Notes: generated by a model from the letters alone, not told the origin. DNA of 64,000 nucleotides from Eledone cirrhosa (GCA_964016885.1 OZ024758.1:930001-994000), one strand, 5' to 3'; counted from the first letter of the stretch, positions 43,328-56,509 are shown. Made by a program: numbers and translations.

Positions 43328-44257
43328 CAGGCAATAACCCGTTACATTTCAACTCCAGCCAAACGTTATGAAAGAAGCTTTCAATATTCATATTTCAGTA
43401 AATCTCAAGGTTTTCCTCCCCTTGTTTTCTATGTCAATATATTATATCAGAGCTTCTCAAAGTGAACGCTACCGCCTCCTGGGGGCATTGAGAAGGTCCG
43501 GAGGGTGCTGTGGCCTAAGGAAGCGGTAGAGATGATATAATAATATATCAAATATAAAATGATACATATTATATATATATATAGTAAAATAAAGAATATA
43601 TATATAATATTTATTTATACATAGTATATATTATATTGTTTATTATATATAATATATACTTATACCACCACTACCACCACAACCACCACTAAAACAACCA
43701 TCACCACTGATGCCACCACTAAAACAACCACCACCACCACCACCACGAAAATAACCACCAACACCACCACCACCACTAATACCACCACCACTAAAACCAC
43801 CACCAGACAATGTCGACAAATTTAGCCTCAAACCACTCACTTCTATTCCCAGCTATATACCGCCTATTCTAAAGGATAGATTCGTCGTTGTTAGAGTAGT
43901 TGTACTGGTGTTTCTCACTTGAAGTATCCTGTATGTCGAGGTTGGTCTTGATATGGTTGTTGCTGTTATTATTGTTGTCCTCTTTGTTCTGCAACTGTTG
44001 TTATTGCTGTTTCAGTTCTGGTGTTGTTGTTGCCTGGAAGTCATTGAGATCACACTTCAATATCGACTGAGCAAAGGACACAAAGTAAGTAAAATAAAAG
44101 ATAACCAGAGAGAGAGAGGGAGAAAGAGAGAGAGGGGGGGGGGGGTAACGAGATAAACAGAGAGAAAAGCATACAGGCACAACATAAGTGTGTGTACACG
44201 ATATAGGTGTATGTGTGTATATATACACACATAAATATATGCATACATACACTCATA

Positions 44258-44336
<79 letters not shown>

Positions 44337-44616
44337 GTATATATATGCATGTGTGTGTGTAAGTGTATATATACATACATATATATATATATAAACATAT
44401 ATACATATTAAGATATATATGCCGACGGCTATGCTTAAACCGTTTCGATCGGAAATTGAATTAAATGGGTTGTATTAATTTCTGCCATCGACCATAGACC
44501 AGGCTTGTGTCTTCATTGACAAGTGGGAAGGTATATTAAGGTGGAAGAGGAAAGTGCTACGCACACGTATATGCATATATATACACACACACTCACACAC
44601 ACACACACACATATTT

Positions 44617-44872
44617 ATTGAAGTCTCAGGGTATGATGACTTTGTCATAAACTTGGATACCTTGCAGAATATCCTTCAGATTTTAATACAACGTGTCCTT
44701 GTCCCGAGGATCTGCCTGAAGAGTCGGAGCATAGGCGCAAATAAATGTGACATGAAGAGGACGTTACATGGATATGATGCGGTCACGGTGGCCTATTGGG
44801 TGGTGAGAGAGTTTGGAGACAATGGAAGCTCTGACTATAAAGCCGACTCTTTCAAGACGTTTCTCGTTCTTT
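44617..44872 (-). pseudogene. RTE-clade LINE apurinic-like endonuclease fragment with in-frame stops
   Basis: Manual translation RVGFIVRASIVSKLSHHPIGHRDRIISM*RPLHVTFICAYAPTLQADPRDKDTLY*NLKDILQGIQVYDKVIIP*DFN shows the (G)VGF, YAPT and (G)DFN endonuclease motifs in the expected order and spacing. Confidence 0.88.
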
Positions 44873-45146
44873 GAATATTGTGTATGAGGGCAACATTAGT
44901 TGAATGTTGAACAATTTAATTTTTGTTTATTCCGATTTCAAATATCTCATTTGATATTTACCCTTCCTTTCTTTCTCGATGAATTAAATTTCACTAAAAT
45001 ACTGGCCATGTAAAACAACAACGTCTCACCTGCGAATACGTGAAGGGTTGTGCCAATTTTAACAAATTCTACATCACCAATGTCAAATTTGTCTATTTTC
45101 ATTTGCGGCTCTATAAAACCATAGCCAATAAAATGATATTCGTTTG

Positions 45147-45375
45147 TACAAGAATCCGTTAAAAATTTCATAGCCTGAGGTTCATTGTCTAAGCAAGATA
45201 TTCCCATGGAATGACCAAATGCGCGAGCTTTATTTTTCAACATAGTCCTTTGAAAGAAACAATGTAGTTATTAATAAGTTATTATTAAGTAGAGTTGAAA
45301 TTCATGTACGCAAGAATTCACAGCTCTAACATCACTCCTCATGGTCAGTCTATGACCTTTCAGCCGATCCTCGCA
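45147..45375. mobile_element. Mariner-like MITE, copy 2
   Basis: Termini tacaagaatccgttaaaaatttcatagcctga / tcagtctatgacctttcagccgatcctcgca; same internal sequence as the 11200 copy. Confidence 0.75.
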
Positions 45376-45535
45376 TATGTTCTCATCTCTCCTCAAATAT
45401 ATGAAGCCTTGCTGTACTTTATTATTAGAATATATTTAAAGTACCGGAACTAATTAATGTTTTACTGTAAATCGTCCGACGGTATGAGACCCAATCTGAT
45501 TGAGGTCAGATTTGTCAACACGCCTGTGTCTATAA

Positions 45536-45753
45536 CAGGCATGTCAAACATGCGGCCATTTACAAGCACAGCTGCGGCCCGCACAAAGGTTTTTACAGCG
45601 TGAACATGTTTTATCTTTGTGATATAAAATTAAATAAATTAGTTGTAATGTCGTGTGTGGGCCTCAGACAACACATATGTGACCCATGTGGGCCTCAGAC
45701 AACACATATGTGACCCATGTGGCCGTCGGGGGATCTTCAGTTTGACATGCCTG
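45536..45753. mobile_element. hAT (Charlie-like) MITE, copy 1
   Basis: Perfect 14-bp TIR CAGGCATGTCAAAC / GTTTGACATGCCTG. The flanks gtctataa / gtctagac are an imperfect 8-bp TSD resembling NTCTAGAN. Contains an internal ~31-bp duplication. Confidence 0.88.
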
Positions 45754-45929
45754 GTCTAGACTATATTTTAACCAGTATTTTAACCAGTAATCCATGTTTC
45801 ATTTCTGTCGCACCTCATTCCCCCCTCTCTCTTTCTCTCTATGATATTTGAATCTACTATCATTTGGGCTTACCTTATCAGTATATATATTTTGCAAGTC
45901 AGTTAGATTCAAACTTACAAGGATTGGCA

Positions 45930-45992
<63 letters not shown>

Positions 45993-46114
45993 TATATATA
46001 TATATATATATTGTTATATTTGGGGAGGGTCATATTGTTGTAATAATATTGCCAGAAATAATAACAGAACACACTCACTGTTTGGTTTGTTTTCGCTTCC
46101 GTATTTTTATACCT

Positions 46115-46214
<100 letters not shown>

Positions 46215-46298
46215 CTTGTTTGCTAAAACAATTAAATTAAATTAATTCAACAGCTAAACACACATAGGAATAATAAGGTTGTTACTAAAGAGCCACAA

Positions 46299-46768
46299 GA
46301 TTAACAAGTCGACCCTAAATATGACTAATAGCTCTAGGAAAGCCATGAACGACACCACATCTTTTTAACTTTGATTTTGAAAGTAGGTTTATAATTATTA
46401 ATTTTCATAATATTTTTGTATCTGTCTCAGTGGCCTAGCGGTAGATACTAGAGGTGGGTGTGATCCGGGTATGAGGTTCGGTCCTAGTCGGGAGTAGGCT
46501 TCCCGGTAAACCATTTCAGTTTTTTTTTTATATGGGTTGTAAAATAAAAACTGAATAACATTACATGTATCTCTTGACCAGGATTGAACCCAAGACCAGG
46601 ATCTCCACCGTCCCTAGAACCTACCGATAGGCCACGGAGACAACTACGAAAGTCTCATGAAAATTCATACTTATAAACCTACTTTCAAAATTTTCAATAC
46701 AAAATGATGTGGTGTCGTTCATGTCTTTCTTAATGTTATTGCTCCTACTTAAGGTCAACTTCTAAATC
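46299..46768. mobile_element. Foldback element with ~200-bp arms, each containing a tRNA-like Pol III head
   Basis: catgaacgacaccacatc / gatgtggtgtcgttcatg and ttttgaaagtaggtttataa / ttataaacctactttcaaaa are mirrored. A-box TGGCCTAGCGG (46431) and B-box-like GGTTCGGTCC (46475) are mirrored on the minus strand. Confidence 0.8.
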
Positions 46769-46898
46769 TATGTTCCATAAACTACATCGTTTTGTTTCTC
46801 ATCTATCTAGACTATATTTTAAGCTGTAATCCATGTTTCATTTCTGTTGCACCTCATCCCCCCCCCTCTCTTTCTCTCTGTTTCTCATCTAACTATAT

Positions 46899-47095
46899 CA
46901 GGTATGTTAAACATGCGGCCTTTTACAAGCACACCTTGGGCCTGCAGAAAGGTTTTTACAGCGTGAACATGTTTTATCTTGGTAATGTAAAATAAATAAA
47001 ATGAGTTGTGATGTGTGCAATTAGTTGTCATGTGTGGGCATCAGACAACACGTGACCCATGTGGCCCTCGGGCGACTCTCAGTTTAACATGCCTG
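46899..47095. mobile_element. hAT MITE, copy 2
   Basis: caggtatgttaaac...gtttaacatgcctg, with an interior colinear with 45536-45753. Confidence 0.85.
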
Positions 47096-47197
47096 GTCTA
47101 TAATATAAAGTACCAGTTACTTTGATTGTCGTATCTTTTCTCCTGATATTGCTGTCCTTGAGTGTAATTTAGAAACTATTATTGGAAAGTCGTTCGA

Positions 47198-47573
47198 AGG
47201 TCTGGCCTTATACCTACCCGTATTTCATCTAGCTCTTTAAGGTCTGGCCTTATACCTACCCGTATTTCATCTAGCTCTTTAAGGTCTGGCCTTATACCTA
47301 CCCGTATTTCATCTAGCTCTTTAAGGTCTGGCCTTATACCTACCCGTATTTCATCTAGCTCTTTAAGGTCTGGCCTTATACCTACCCGTATTTCATCTAG
47401 CTCTTTAAGGTCTGGCCTTATACCTACCCGTATTTCATCTAGCTCTTTAAGGTCTGGCCTTATACCTACCCGTATTTCATCTAGCTCTTTAAGGTCTGGC
47501 CTTATACCTACCCGTATTTCATCTAGCTCTTTAAGGTCTGGCCTTATACCTACCCGTATTTCATCCCTCTTTA
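47198..47573. repeat. 42-bp minisatellite x9 inside a SINE head (host SINE ~47181-47730)
   Basis: Unit aggtctggccttatacctacccgtatttcatctagctcttta from 47198 at 42-bp steps, followed directly by ctgagtgaaattc...ctttcatccttccgg...aaataaaataccag. Confidence 0.95.
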
Positions 47574-48561
47574 AGATCTGAGTGAAATTCTTGCTAAGGT
47601 CAAACTTGTCTTTCATCCTTCCGGCTTCTATGAAATAAAATACCAGTCAAGTACTCATGTGGATTTAGTCGATTAAGCACCACCCCCTTCCTTGAATTTC
47701 TGGCCTTGTCACAATTTTAGAAAGTATTATTACTATTATTGTTTTGTCCGTGTCTTGTAAAGTCCCTTACATATCGTCCCTTGTGGCCAATAAATGAAAT
47801 CATTGCTATTATTGTTTTTGTTAGTGATGTTATTGTTAATATTATTATTATGTTAGCTTCTACAATCAAAAGTAATAGATTGAAATAAAAATGTTTACTA
47901 GATCAAAAGTGGAATAAATAGAGCGTGTGTTAGAGTTGTGAGTGGTGGGCAGAGGATTTACAACTATAAAAAATGAAGCACGCTAAAGAGAGGAGAAGCA
48001 AAAAACAAAAAAAAACATATAGACAAACGAAATGTTTTACTGAAAGCAATATTGCATCCGTAACATTGAATGAAGGGTGTGGGGGAAGGTGGGAGAAAGA
48101 GGAGGAGAGAAATGTGAAGAATCTTTTCTTATGTCTTATCAACCAGCAGGGAAGCTGTGTACAATGACTTGAAATCGAAAAGTAACAAGAGGCTTTCTTT
48201 TCCATACCCCATCATTACCCCATTCACTATACCATCAAACCACCTCCTTACACCTCACCCTTCTTACGTCCTTTCCGTTCGGGATTATTTCTCTCTCTTC
48301 TTCTCTCTTTCTCCCTCTTCCCTTCTCTGTCTTTCTCTTCCCCCTGCCTCTCTCTCTCGCACTCTCACATTCATTTCCCCCTTTCTCTATCTCTGTCTTT
48401 CTTCCTTTCTTTATTTATATATATACACACATATATACATATATATCTTCATCTCTCTCTCTATATATATATATATATACTTCTGAATGCATTCGTCGGC
48501 TTAGCTGCGGCTCGAGCTTCGAATATGCTGTACTTCCATTTATATATATATTTATCTGTCC

Positions 48562-48637
<76 letters not shown>

Positions 48638-49227
48638 TTATCTATTTCTACCTAACTCGCTCCCCGTCGTTCTCCCCCTCCCCAGACCCAGACCCCCAGC
48701 GCCAGCTCCCTGCTGCTTGTTCAGTCTCATCTAACCCAACACAGTGTTCGCTGTTGTCCTCACCTCTTCCCGTCAATGTCGCCTCCCCCCCCCCCGTCGT
48801 CAACGCCGCTCCCTCACCTGGCCTCACTGACGTCTACAGCCTACTGTGCCCAACGCTGGCCTCCCTTTCCGTTGATGTCCATCGAGAAAGCCTCTGGCTA
48901 TAGTTTTAGTCGTTTGTCGATGTCTGTACGATGTGAATGTCGAACGTGCTTATGCACGCGTGTGTCCCTGCCTGTGTGCTGCGTGTGTGCGTGTGTGTGT
49001 GTGTCACTATTGTGTGTGTGTGTGTGACTGTTGTGAGAGGGTGTGTGAGTGTGTGTCACTATTGTGTGTGTGAGTGCGTGTCACTAGTGTGTGTGTGTGT
49101 CACTATTGTGTGTGTGTGTGTAACTATTGTGTGTGTGTGTGTAACTATTGTGTGTGTGTGTGTGAGTGTCGTCATCCACGCAGTCTCTATAATCTCGAAA
49201 ATAATAAAATCTAAATAGTTTAAATGG

Positions 49228-49347
49228 AAATAATTGTTTCTACTTTTGGCACAAGGCCAGCAATCAATCAGTGTATTACTGGTACTTTATTTTATCGACC
49301 CCGTAAGGATGAAAGACAAAGTTAACCTCGGCGGGATTTGAACTCAA
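49228..49347 (-). mobile_element. SINE family A, 3' two-thirds
   Basis: taattgtttctacttttggcacaagg...atcgaccccgtaaggatgaaag...gggatttgaactc. Confidence 0.9.
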
Positions 49348-49422
49348 ATAGAAATAATGAAAGACATTTAAGCTGAAACATATTGTAACCCCTCCAAGTA
49401 CTACAATGGCTGGCACTACCTT

Positions 49423-49510
49423 TCTATATTACTACAATACATATACTAAACTATATTACTACAATACATATACTAAACTATATTACTACAATACATATAC
49501 TAAACTACAT
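49423..49510. repeat. 27-bp tandem repeat x3
   Basis: ctatattactacaatacatatactaaa repeated. Confidence 0.9.
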
Positions 49511-49587
49511 TATAATACGACAGAAAAGACAAGACCGAATGGAAAGACTACCACACCGTAATAATCCGTATTCACACTTCCACATAC

Positions 49588-49619
<32 letters not shown>

Positions 49620-49926
49620 GGGTGTGTGTGTGTGTATATATATGTGTGTGTGAGTGTGTGTGTATATATATATATATGCCCGCAACCAGAGCTTCGATTA
49701 TGCTGTACTACCTTCCTGTATATATATATATATTTAATATATAAACAGAGAAAGCTTTAAGCGATACCCCGACTGACTTCCATCTCACTCAACAAACATA
49801 AGGATATACCTTAGTATAATCCGAATTATACGTTTGGGGTGCTAACTATACGTATTTTGCGGATAGCCAGTTGTATTATTTTATATGAGACATAATTAAA
49901 TACATCTCTCTCTCTATATATACAAG

Positions 49927-50042
<116 letters not shown>

Positions 50043-50253
50043 TATAGTGTGTACGAGTGTGTCTCTATCTGTGTATACATACATACATACAGACATACAT
50101 ATATACATACATACATACATACATACATACATTACATACATACATACATACATATATACATATATATATACATACATATATACATACATACATACATACA
50201 TACATTATATACATACATACATACATACATACATACATACATACATACATACA

Positions 50254-50287
<34 letters not shown>

Positions 50288-50442
50288 CACCCCTGATACC
50301 ATCATCAACATCAATCTTTAACGGCAAAGTTTTCTCATCTATTTATAAGCAAGGGAAGTTACATGAAATATGCTAGGAGGGCCATTGCGGGTTGAAGAGC
50401 GTTGTCATTATTTGCCTCTGGGCTGGTGGTGGTCAACCCCAA

Positions 50443-50458
50443 CCACGAGAGGGCGCTG
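50443..50458 (+). promoter_or_regulatory. CTCF-like motif
   Basis: CCACGAGAGGGCGCTG resembles the consensus CCASYAGRKGGCRS and lies in a GC-richer unique island. Confidence 0.45.
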
Positions 50459-50853
50459 GCATTCAGGTCCTACTTCGTCGTCTTCACAGAAAGAAAGAAA
50501 AATAAAGAAATAGAAAGAAACGTACGACGAACAAGAACTACCTCTTGACCTTATTTGACCTTCAAAGAGAATTCACAGAAATCACAGCATCGTTTCTGCT
50601 TTCTTTCTTTCTCTCCTTCATCTTATTGTTATCATCCATGTTTTTTTTTATTTGTCTGTCATTTCATAATGTGTTGTTGTTGTTGTTGTTATTATTATTA
50701 TTATTATTATTCTTGTTGTTGTTATTATTATTATTTGGTTTATTTAATTTTTGTTGTTATTTGTTTTGTTTTTTTCATACTTTATTTCGGCTTCTCTTTT
50801 CTCTATAGTTAGCTTATGTCCATTTATTACAGATGAGTGGTTTCAACTGTCTG

Positions 50854-50868
50854 CAGCGCCACCTGGGA
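50854..50868 (-). promoter_or_regulatory. CTCF-like motif
   Basis: Reverse complement reads TCCCAGGTGGCGCTG. Confidence 0.4.
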
Positions 50869-51408
50869 TATTGCATCGGTTGTTGAAGTTAAAGAGAAAA
50901 TAACTTTTGTTGTTGTCTTCTTTCTGTACTGGGCGGCGGTTGGCAGAAATGTTAGAACTTCAGAAATAACCTAATGTGTAGTTTATTAATATCTCTTTAC
51001 GTTCTGATCTCCAATGTTGCCTAGGATAAAGTTACGGCTTTCATCTTTCTTGAACGATGATGAAATAAATCACTTATATCACAGAATAGGTGTTGTATAC
51101 TCTATACCTTTCGTTTATTTTCTAATGTATTAAAGGTTTCTTTGTAGGACTGCTGTGACGAATATTTTGGCAGCACTACAAGAAATATCATTAACTATTT
51201 CAGTGACCAGGTCGCATAGTGGTGGCGAAAGTTTTAATAATTGCGAAATAAATGTAAAATATCACAAGTTTTAAGTGGTGAAATAAACTTTTAATGAACG
51301 ATGTAATTACTCGAGTCAGGATATATTGACTCAGATCAAGATAAGGTCGATAAAAGAAATATTAACCTACTATTTAATATCATTGATAGCTAGTCGATAA
51401 CAACAACT

Positions 51409-51652
51409 AAGTGAGGGTCCGCTGAACTGTTCATAGGCTGACCAAGATACTCTCATGGAAGGACCAAATATGGTTTATTTTTCAACATAGTCCCTGGAAA
51501 GATACGATACAGTCATTAATAAAAAGAGTTGAAATTAATTCATGCAAGATTTCACATATCTAGAATCACTCCTTAATTATCTTATATATATATAATTATC
51601 TTATATATATATCTTATATATATATATATCTTATAATTATCTTATATATATA

Positions 51653-51715
<63 letters not shown>

Positions 51716-51859
51716 TATATAAATATATAAAGCCGTAGAGCAACTATTCATTATTCGCATATATTAGTAGTATAAATATTTATTATTTTATTATTCCATG
51801 CAAGATTTCACAACCCTAGCATCATAGTCGACCTACGAACGATTCCAACTATCCTCGTA
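51409..51859. mobile_element. Mariner-like MITE, copy 3, with internal AT-rich expansion
   Basis: tgagggtccgctgaactgttcataggctgaccaagatactctcatggaa ... atcctcgta; catgcaagatttcaca occurs at both 51541 and 51797. Confidence 0.75.
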
Positions 51860-52132
51860 ACTATGACATAGCAGAAAAGTAATGGCGTGGTAAATATCAG
51901 AGCCTCACGTTGTTTACAATGCTCCTTCAATGTAAGATGGTGTCTCTAAAACAACACAGATGAGACTTTCAACCAAGCTAACAATATTGACAAAGTTATA
52001 TAAAGACAGGGATCAGGTGTTGGATCAGACTAGATTTTGGACAAATCAAGCATGTGTAATACTGCAGCATATGAAGCATAGAAGTGGATAGACCTTCCCT
52101 ATCGCCTTCTGTCTCTCTCTATCTCTCTAACT

Positions 52133-52192
<60 letters not shown>

Positions 52193-52320
52193 CTCTCTCT
52201 CTCTTTCTCTCTCTATTTCTCTCTCCCTATCTATCACGTTTAAAACATGACAGTTTGATAATGAAGATGATCCTGGTTACACCATTGTCGACAAATATAT
52301 TGTATGCCGTGGTTAGTAAT

Positions 52321-52401
<81 letters not shown>

Positions 52402-52605
52402 GGTAGTAGTAGTAGAAGTAGTAGCAGTAGTAGCAGAAGTAGTAGTAGTAGTAGCAGTAGCAGAAGTAGTAGAAGTTGTCGATGGCGGTGACGATGACGA
52501 TGTCGATGATGATGACAATCTGAACGGCGCGCCTCCTGTAACTGTTGTTACACACCAAATACACACACACACACACACGCACACGCACATATATATATAA
52601 ATATA

Positions 52606-52648
<43 letters not shown>

Positions 52649-52745
52649 TTATATAAACCCATATAGCAAATATTTATTATTAGCACAGATTAAAAGTTTA
52701 AGAAGCAAATTCTGAGAGAGATGGAGAAAGAGAGAGAGAGAGAGT

Positions 52746-52844
<99 letters not shown>

Positions 52845-53477
52845 TGTGTGTGTTATTGTGAGCAGAAGATGAATATCTTTAGTCTCTCGTAGAAAATATA
52901 GACATAATCGATTAAAAATAGGATTTAATAGAAGAAATATGGTGAGAGGAAAGAGAAACAATATCGGGGGGAAATAAAACGAAAGTAGGAGAAAGTATTA
53001 ATGAATGAGTGAAGAAAAAAGATGAGACGAAGGTAGGAAAGAAAAGAAATTGAATGAAAGGGAGGATGAAAATTGTTGGGAGAGAATCTAATAAAAATAA
53101 AAATAACTTAGAAATCTGAAATGCCAACAAGTCAGCAGTTAAAACAATAAGCGAACAAGAGCGCCTTGATGCTAGAAATAGCCGACAAATATCCTTCAAA
53201 TACAAAGTAAACTCTTGGATAATAGAAATGTCATTTAGGTAATGTAGTAGTGTTGAATATATATAAAGGTCGGATTTTTCTTGGGTCTCTGTGGTGACCC
53301 ATTCGTTGTTCCATGTTTTCCGATGTCAGTGCTGAGGAATAGGGTTACTAGACGTCTCAGAAGACTCGAGAAACTTAGAACCAGGAATTTTTCTCCATTG
53401 TTTCCAAAGCTTTGACAGTTGATGGTCTTACAAGAGTAGTAGATTGCCATATTTTCTATACAATACACTACATATAA

Positions 53478-53649
53478 ATATTATAAAGAGGTGGGACTCG
53501 ATGTCTGAGCCCTTGTCGTTTCAACAGCTAGTTTAGAACTAGCTGTTGAAACAACAAGAGCTCAGCCATCGGGTCCCGCCTCTTTATAATATAGGAGATC
53601 TTAACCGTTCAAATTTTTCCAGGAAAAACTTGAACCGTTAAGATCTCCT
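53478..53649. repeat. Two abutting long hairpins (53478-53592 and 53593-53649)
   Basis: ~56-bp arms around ctagtt-tag-aactag, then aggagatcttaac...gttaagatctcct with ~28-bp arms. Confidence 0.92.
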
Positions 53650-53684
53650 TCCTGGATATGTCAATATTTATAAAACAAACTTTG

Positions 53685-53745
53685 TATTTTATCTGATGAG
53701 AGCGTACCAAAGTTTTGGTACCGTTGACATATATATAATAGAATA
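53685..53745 (+). ncRNA. Type I hammerhead ribozyme motif (family H1), GAAA>GACA variant
   Basis: TATTTTAT-CTGATGA-GAGCGTACCAA-AGTT-TTGGTACCGTT-GACA-TATATA-TA/ATAGAATA. Confidence 0.68.
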
Positions 53746-53784
53746 AATATGGTTTTATAAATATAGTTTCTATTTATTTAATAT

Positions 53785-53857
<73 letters not shown>

Positions 53858-53881
53858 TAAATATTTATACATATATACATG

Positions 53882-53950
<69 letters not shown>

Positions 53951-53967
53951 TAAATATTTATACATAT

Positions 53968-54144
<177 letters not shown>

Positions 54145-54174
54145 CATACACACGTATGCAGATACATATGCATA

Positions 54175-54245
<71 letters not shown>

Positions 54246-54388
54246 ATGTATGTATGTATGTATGTATGTATGTATGTATGTATGTATGTATATGAGTGTG
54301 CGACACAGAGGGAGAGAGAGAGCGAGAGAGAGACATAGAGAAAGAGAAAGAAAGAAATATAGAAAGAAAGAGATAGAGACAGTGTATT

Positions 54389-54419
<31 letters not shown>

Positions 54420-55261
54420 GTGTACGCATATAAGTGTGTGAAATCAAATATAGTGCAGCTCAGTGTAGTGTGCTGTCTGTATGGTCGTGCTAGGGTGTTG
54501 AACAGCCCTGGCGTATGTCAATGACTGTATTCTAAGTGTGTGAGATTGTTTTTAAGAATTGTAAATTTGATATTAGCTTCAGCTTTTGAGATAGTGGGGA
54601 GCAATAAATGTCCATAAATAAAAGGGGAGCAGGTGTTAGGAATGAATCTGGAGGAGGTAAAGAAAGAAGCAAATGTTGATAACATGATAATTGTATGATG
54701 AATAAAAGATGGTGAATGAGGAAGGAGGGAGAGAAAAGGAAGAAGAAGAAAAAGTAGGAAAAGAAGGAAAAATAGGAGGAGGACGAGGAGGAGGATGAGG
54801 AGGAGCAGGAGAGGAGGAGGAGGAGGAGGAGGAGGAGGAGGAGAAGAAGAAGAAAGAAGAAGAAGAAGAAGAAGAAGAAGAAAGAAGAAGAAGAAGAAGA
54901 AGAAGAAGAAGAGAGTGCAATTCTCTGGGATTGATGTAGTCTTAATTCATGGCATGATTAGTAACTGGACTAAAAGTTGTAGAACCAAAGCCAGTGGTTT
55001 GTCTTTCTCTAGAGAGGAAGAGGTATGTCCAGAGACTTTATAAACTGTAGTAAAGAGAAACAATTAGAGTTTGTTGTGTAATATATAAAGCTTTACTAGA
55101 GTTAAACCTTGTGATTTCTGGGTTAGAAATTTAGTGATTTTTTATGGATATATAAACATGGTTGTTTCGTATTCATATAAAACAGAGATTCTTTTCTTGT
55201 GAGAAATGGTTTTGTAGAGATTGGCAGTCTAAAGGTAAAAAAAGGTGTATATATATATATA

Positions 55262-55424
55262 AAGAGATGTCAACATGAATGGACCTGTTATTTTTATCTA
55301 AAGACATTTATTCCAATTCCAGCCCGCCCGTCCCCTCAATATATCTTATTTCTCATTCTTTCTTTTGATGAAGGACTAGCGTCTGAAACGTTAAGACCCT
55401 CTTCCTACTATATCAAGTGTTAAC

Positions 55425-55430
<6 letters not shown>
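55262..55430 (+). mobile_element. Family H2 Penelope-like fragment embedded in (TA)n
   Basis: Colinear with 30220-30390; the core reads TTGATGA-A-GGACTAGCGTCT-GAAACGTTA. Confidence 0.75.
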
Positions 55431-55489
<59 letters not shown>

Positions 55490-55519
55490 TAATAAATTTG
55501 AAAACTAAAATCCAAAGAG

Positions 55520-55692
55520 GGCTCCAGTATACTCAGCTGAAAATATGTACCACCAATAGCTGGTGGTTTAACCCCATGATGAACTGGCGTCCTGTCCAGG
55601 AGAGAGTATTGTACTCTCAGTCACCTCACATCACAGACACCGGGATAAACACCAGATTGATGAGCATCCGTGCTTGCGCCAGACTTTAGACT
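55520..55692 (+). mobile_element. SINE family B, 3' part
   Basis: gatgaactggcgtcctgtccagg (V-domain-like) ...accgggataa...cagactttagact. Confidence 0.75.
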
Positions 55693-56302
55693 GAGATAAT
55701 GCAGAACGTATCGTTAACATTAACAACATAAAATGAGAGAAAATGAGTAAGCACAATCAGAAACCAAGCCAAAGACTTGAATATCAATTAAAATATATTC
55801 CGAGAGAAACCCATACCCTAACACATTTGATGCTGATTGAGAAAGAAAAGGTGGACTAGACTCCTTAAATGATAGATGATTGATAACGGTCTATTAACAG
55901 TTGGAGGATTATTTTCAGCGGAAGTGGGAAACCACTCACGGTCAGCTAATGTCGAAATAGCAAAGCAGCAATTTTGCGGAAGTGATCGAATATTTATCGT
56001 TTTTCAATTTACAGGGAAATACATAAATATATCACGTCTAAGTACTCAATGATTAAATTTAAATGTACATCCACGCAGTCAGTGTTTCAGCGATATGGCA
56101 TTTTGCCATGTTTACCCGGAGTACACCTGAACTTCCACCAGGAAATCTTTCGTATCATTGAAATTTTCTTTGCTTCTTGTATTTAAATATTCCACGCCTC
56201 TCTACCACTTTTCCTCTACTACAATCTTCTTACACCACCTTCTTCTCACCCGTCTAATTTTCACTCCCACCCTAGTACCCTCAATATGACCAATCTAAAA
56301 TT

Positions 56303-56462
56303 TGTTCTATCTAAAGACATTTTTTACAATTCGAACCCGCCCGTCCCCACAATCTAGCGTCCGAAACGTTAAGACCCTCTTCCTGCTATATCAAGCGTTA
56401 ACCTATATATCCCTTCCATATACTGTACCGATTGTGTTGTTATTTCTGTTTACCTTTTACAT
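56303..56462 (+). mobile_element. Family H2 fragment with internal deletion removing CTGATGA
   Basis: cccgcccgtccccacaat joins directly to ctagcgtccgaaacgttaagacc; the 3' part is nearly identical to 30334-30442. Confidence 0.8.
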
Positions 56463-56509
56463 ACATACATATATATATAAATATATATATATAAATATAT
56501 ATATGTATA

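Noticed and set aside
41350-43371. 673-aa and 634-aa ORFs
   Set aside because: Both are translations of a stop-free 48-bp tandem unit, with no domain or splice evidence.
44947-45243. 98-aa ORF with protein-like composition
   Set aside because: Its first third is the antisense of a mariner-like MITE, and there is no recognisable motif.
46424-46497. Functional tRNA gene
   Set aside because: A/B-like boxes are present but I cannot fold a proper acceptor or anticodon stem; treated as a tRNA-derived head.
47179-47616. 145-aa ELDEIRVGIRPDLK repeat ORF
   Set aside because: Antisense reading of the 42-bp SINE-derived minisatellite.
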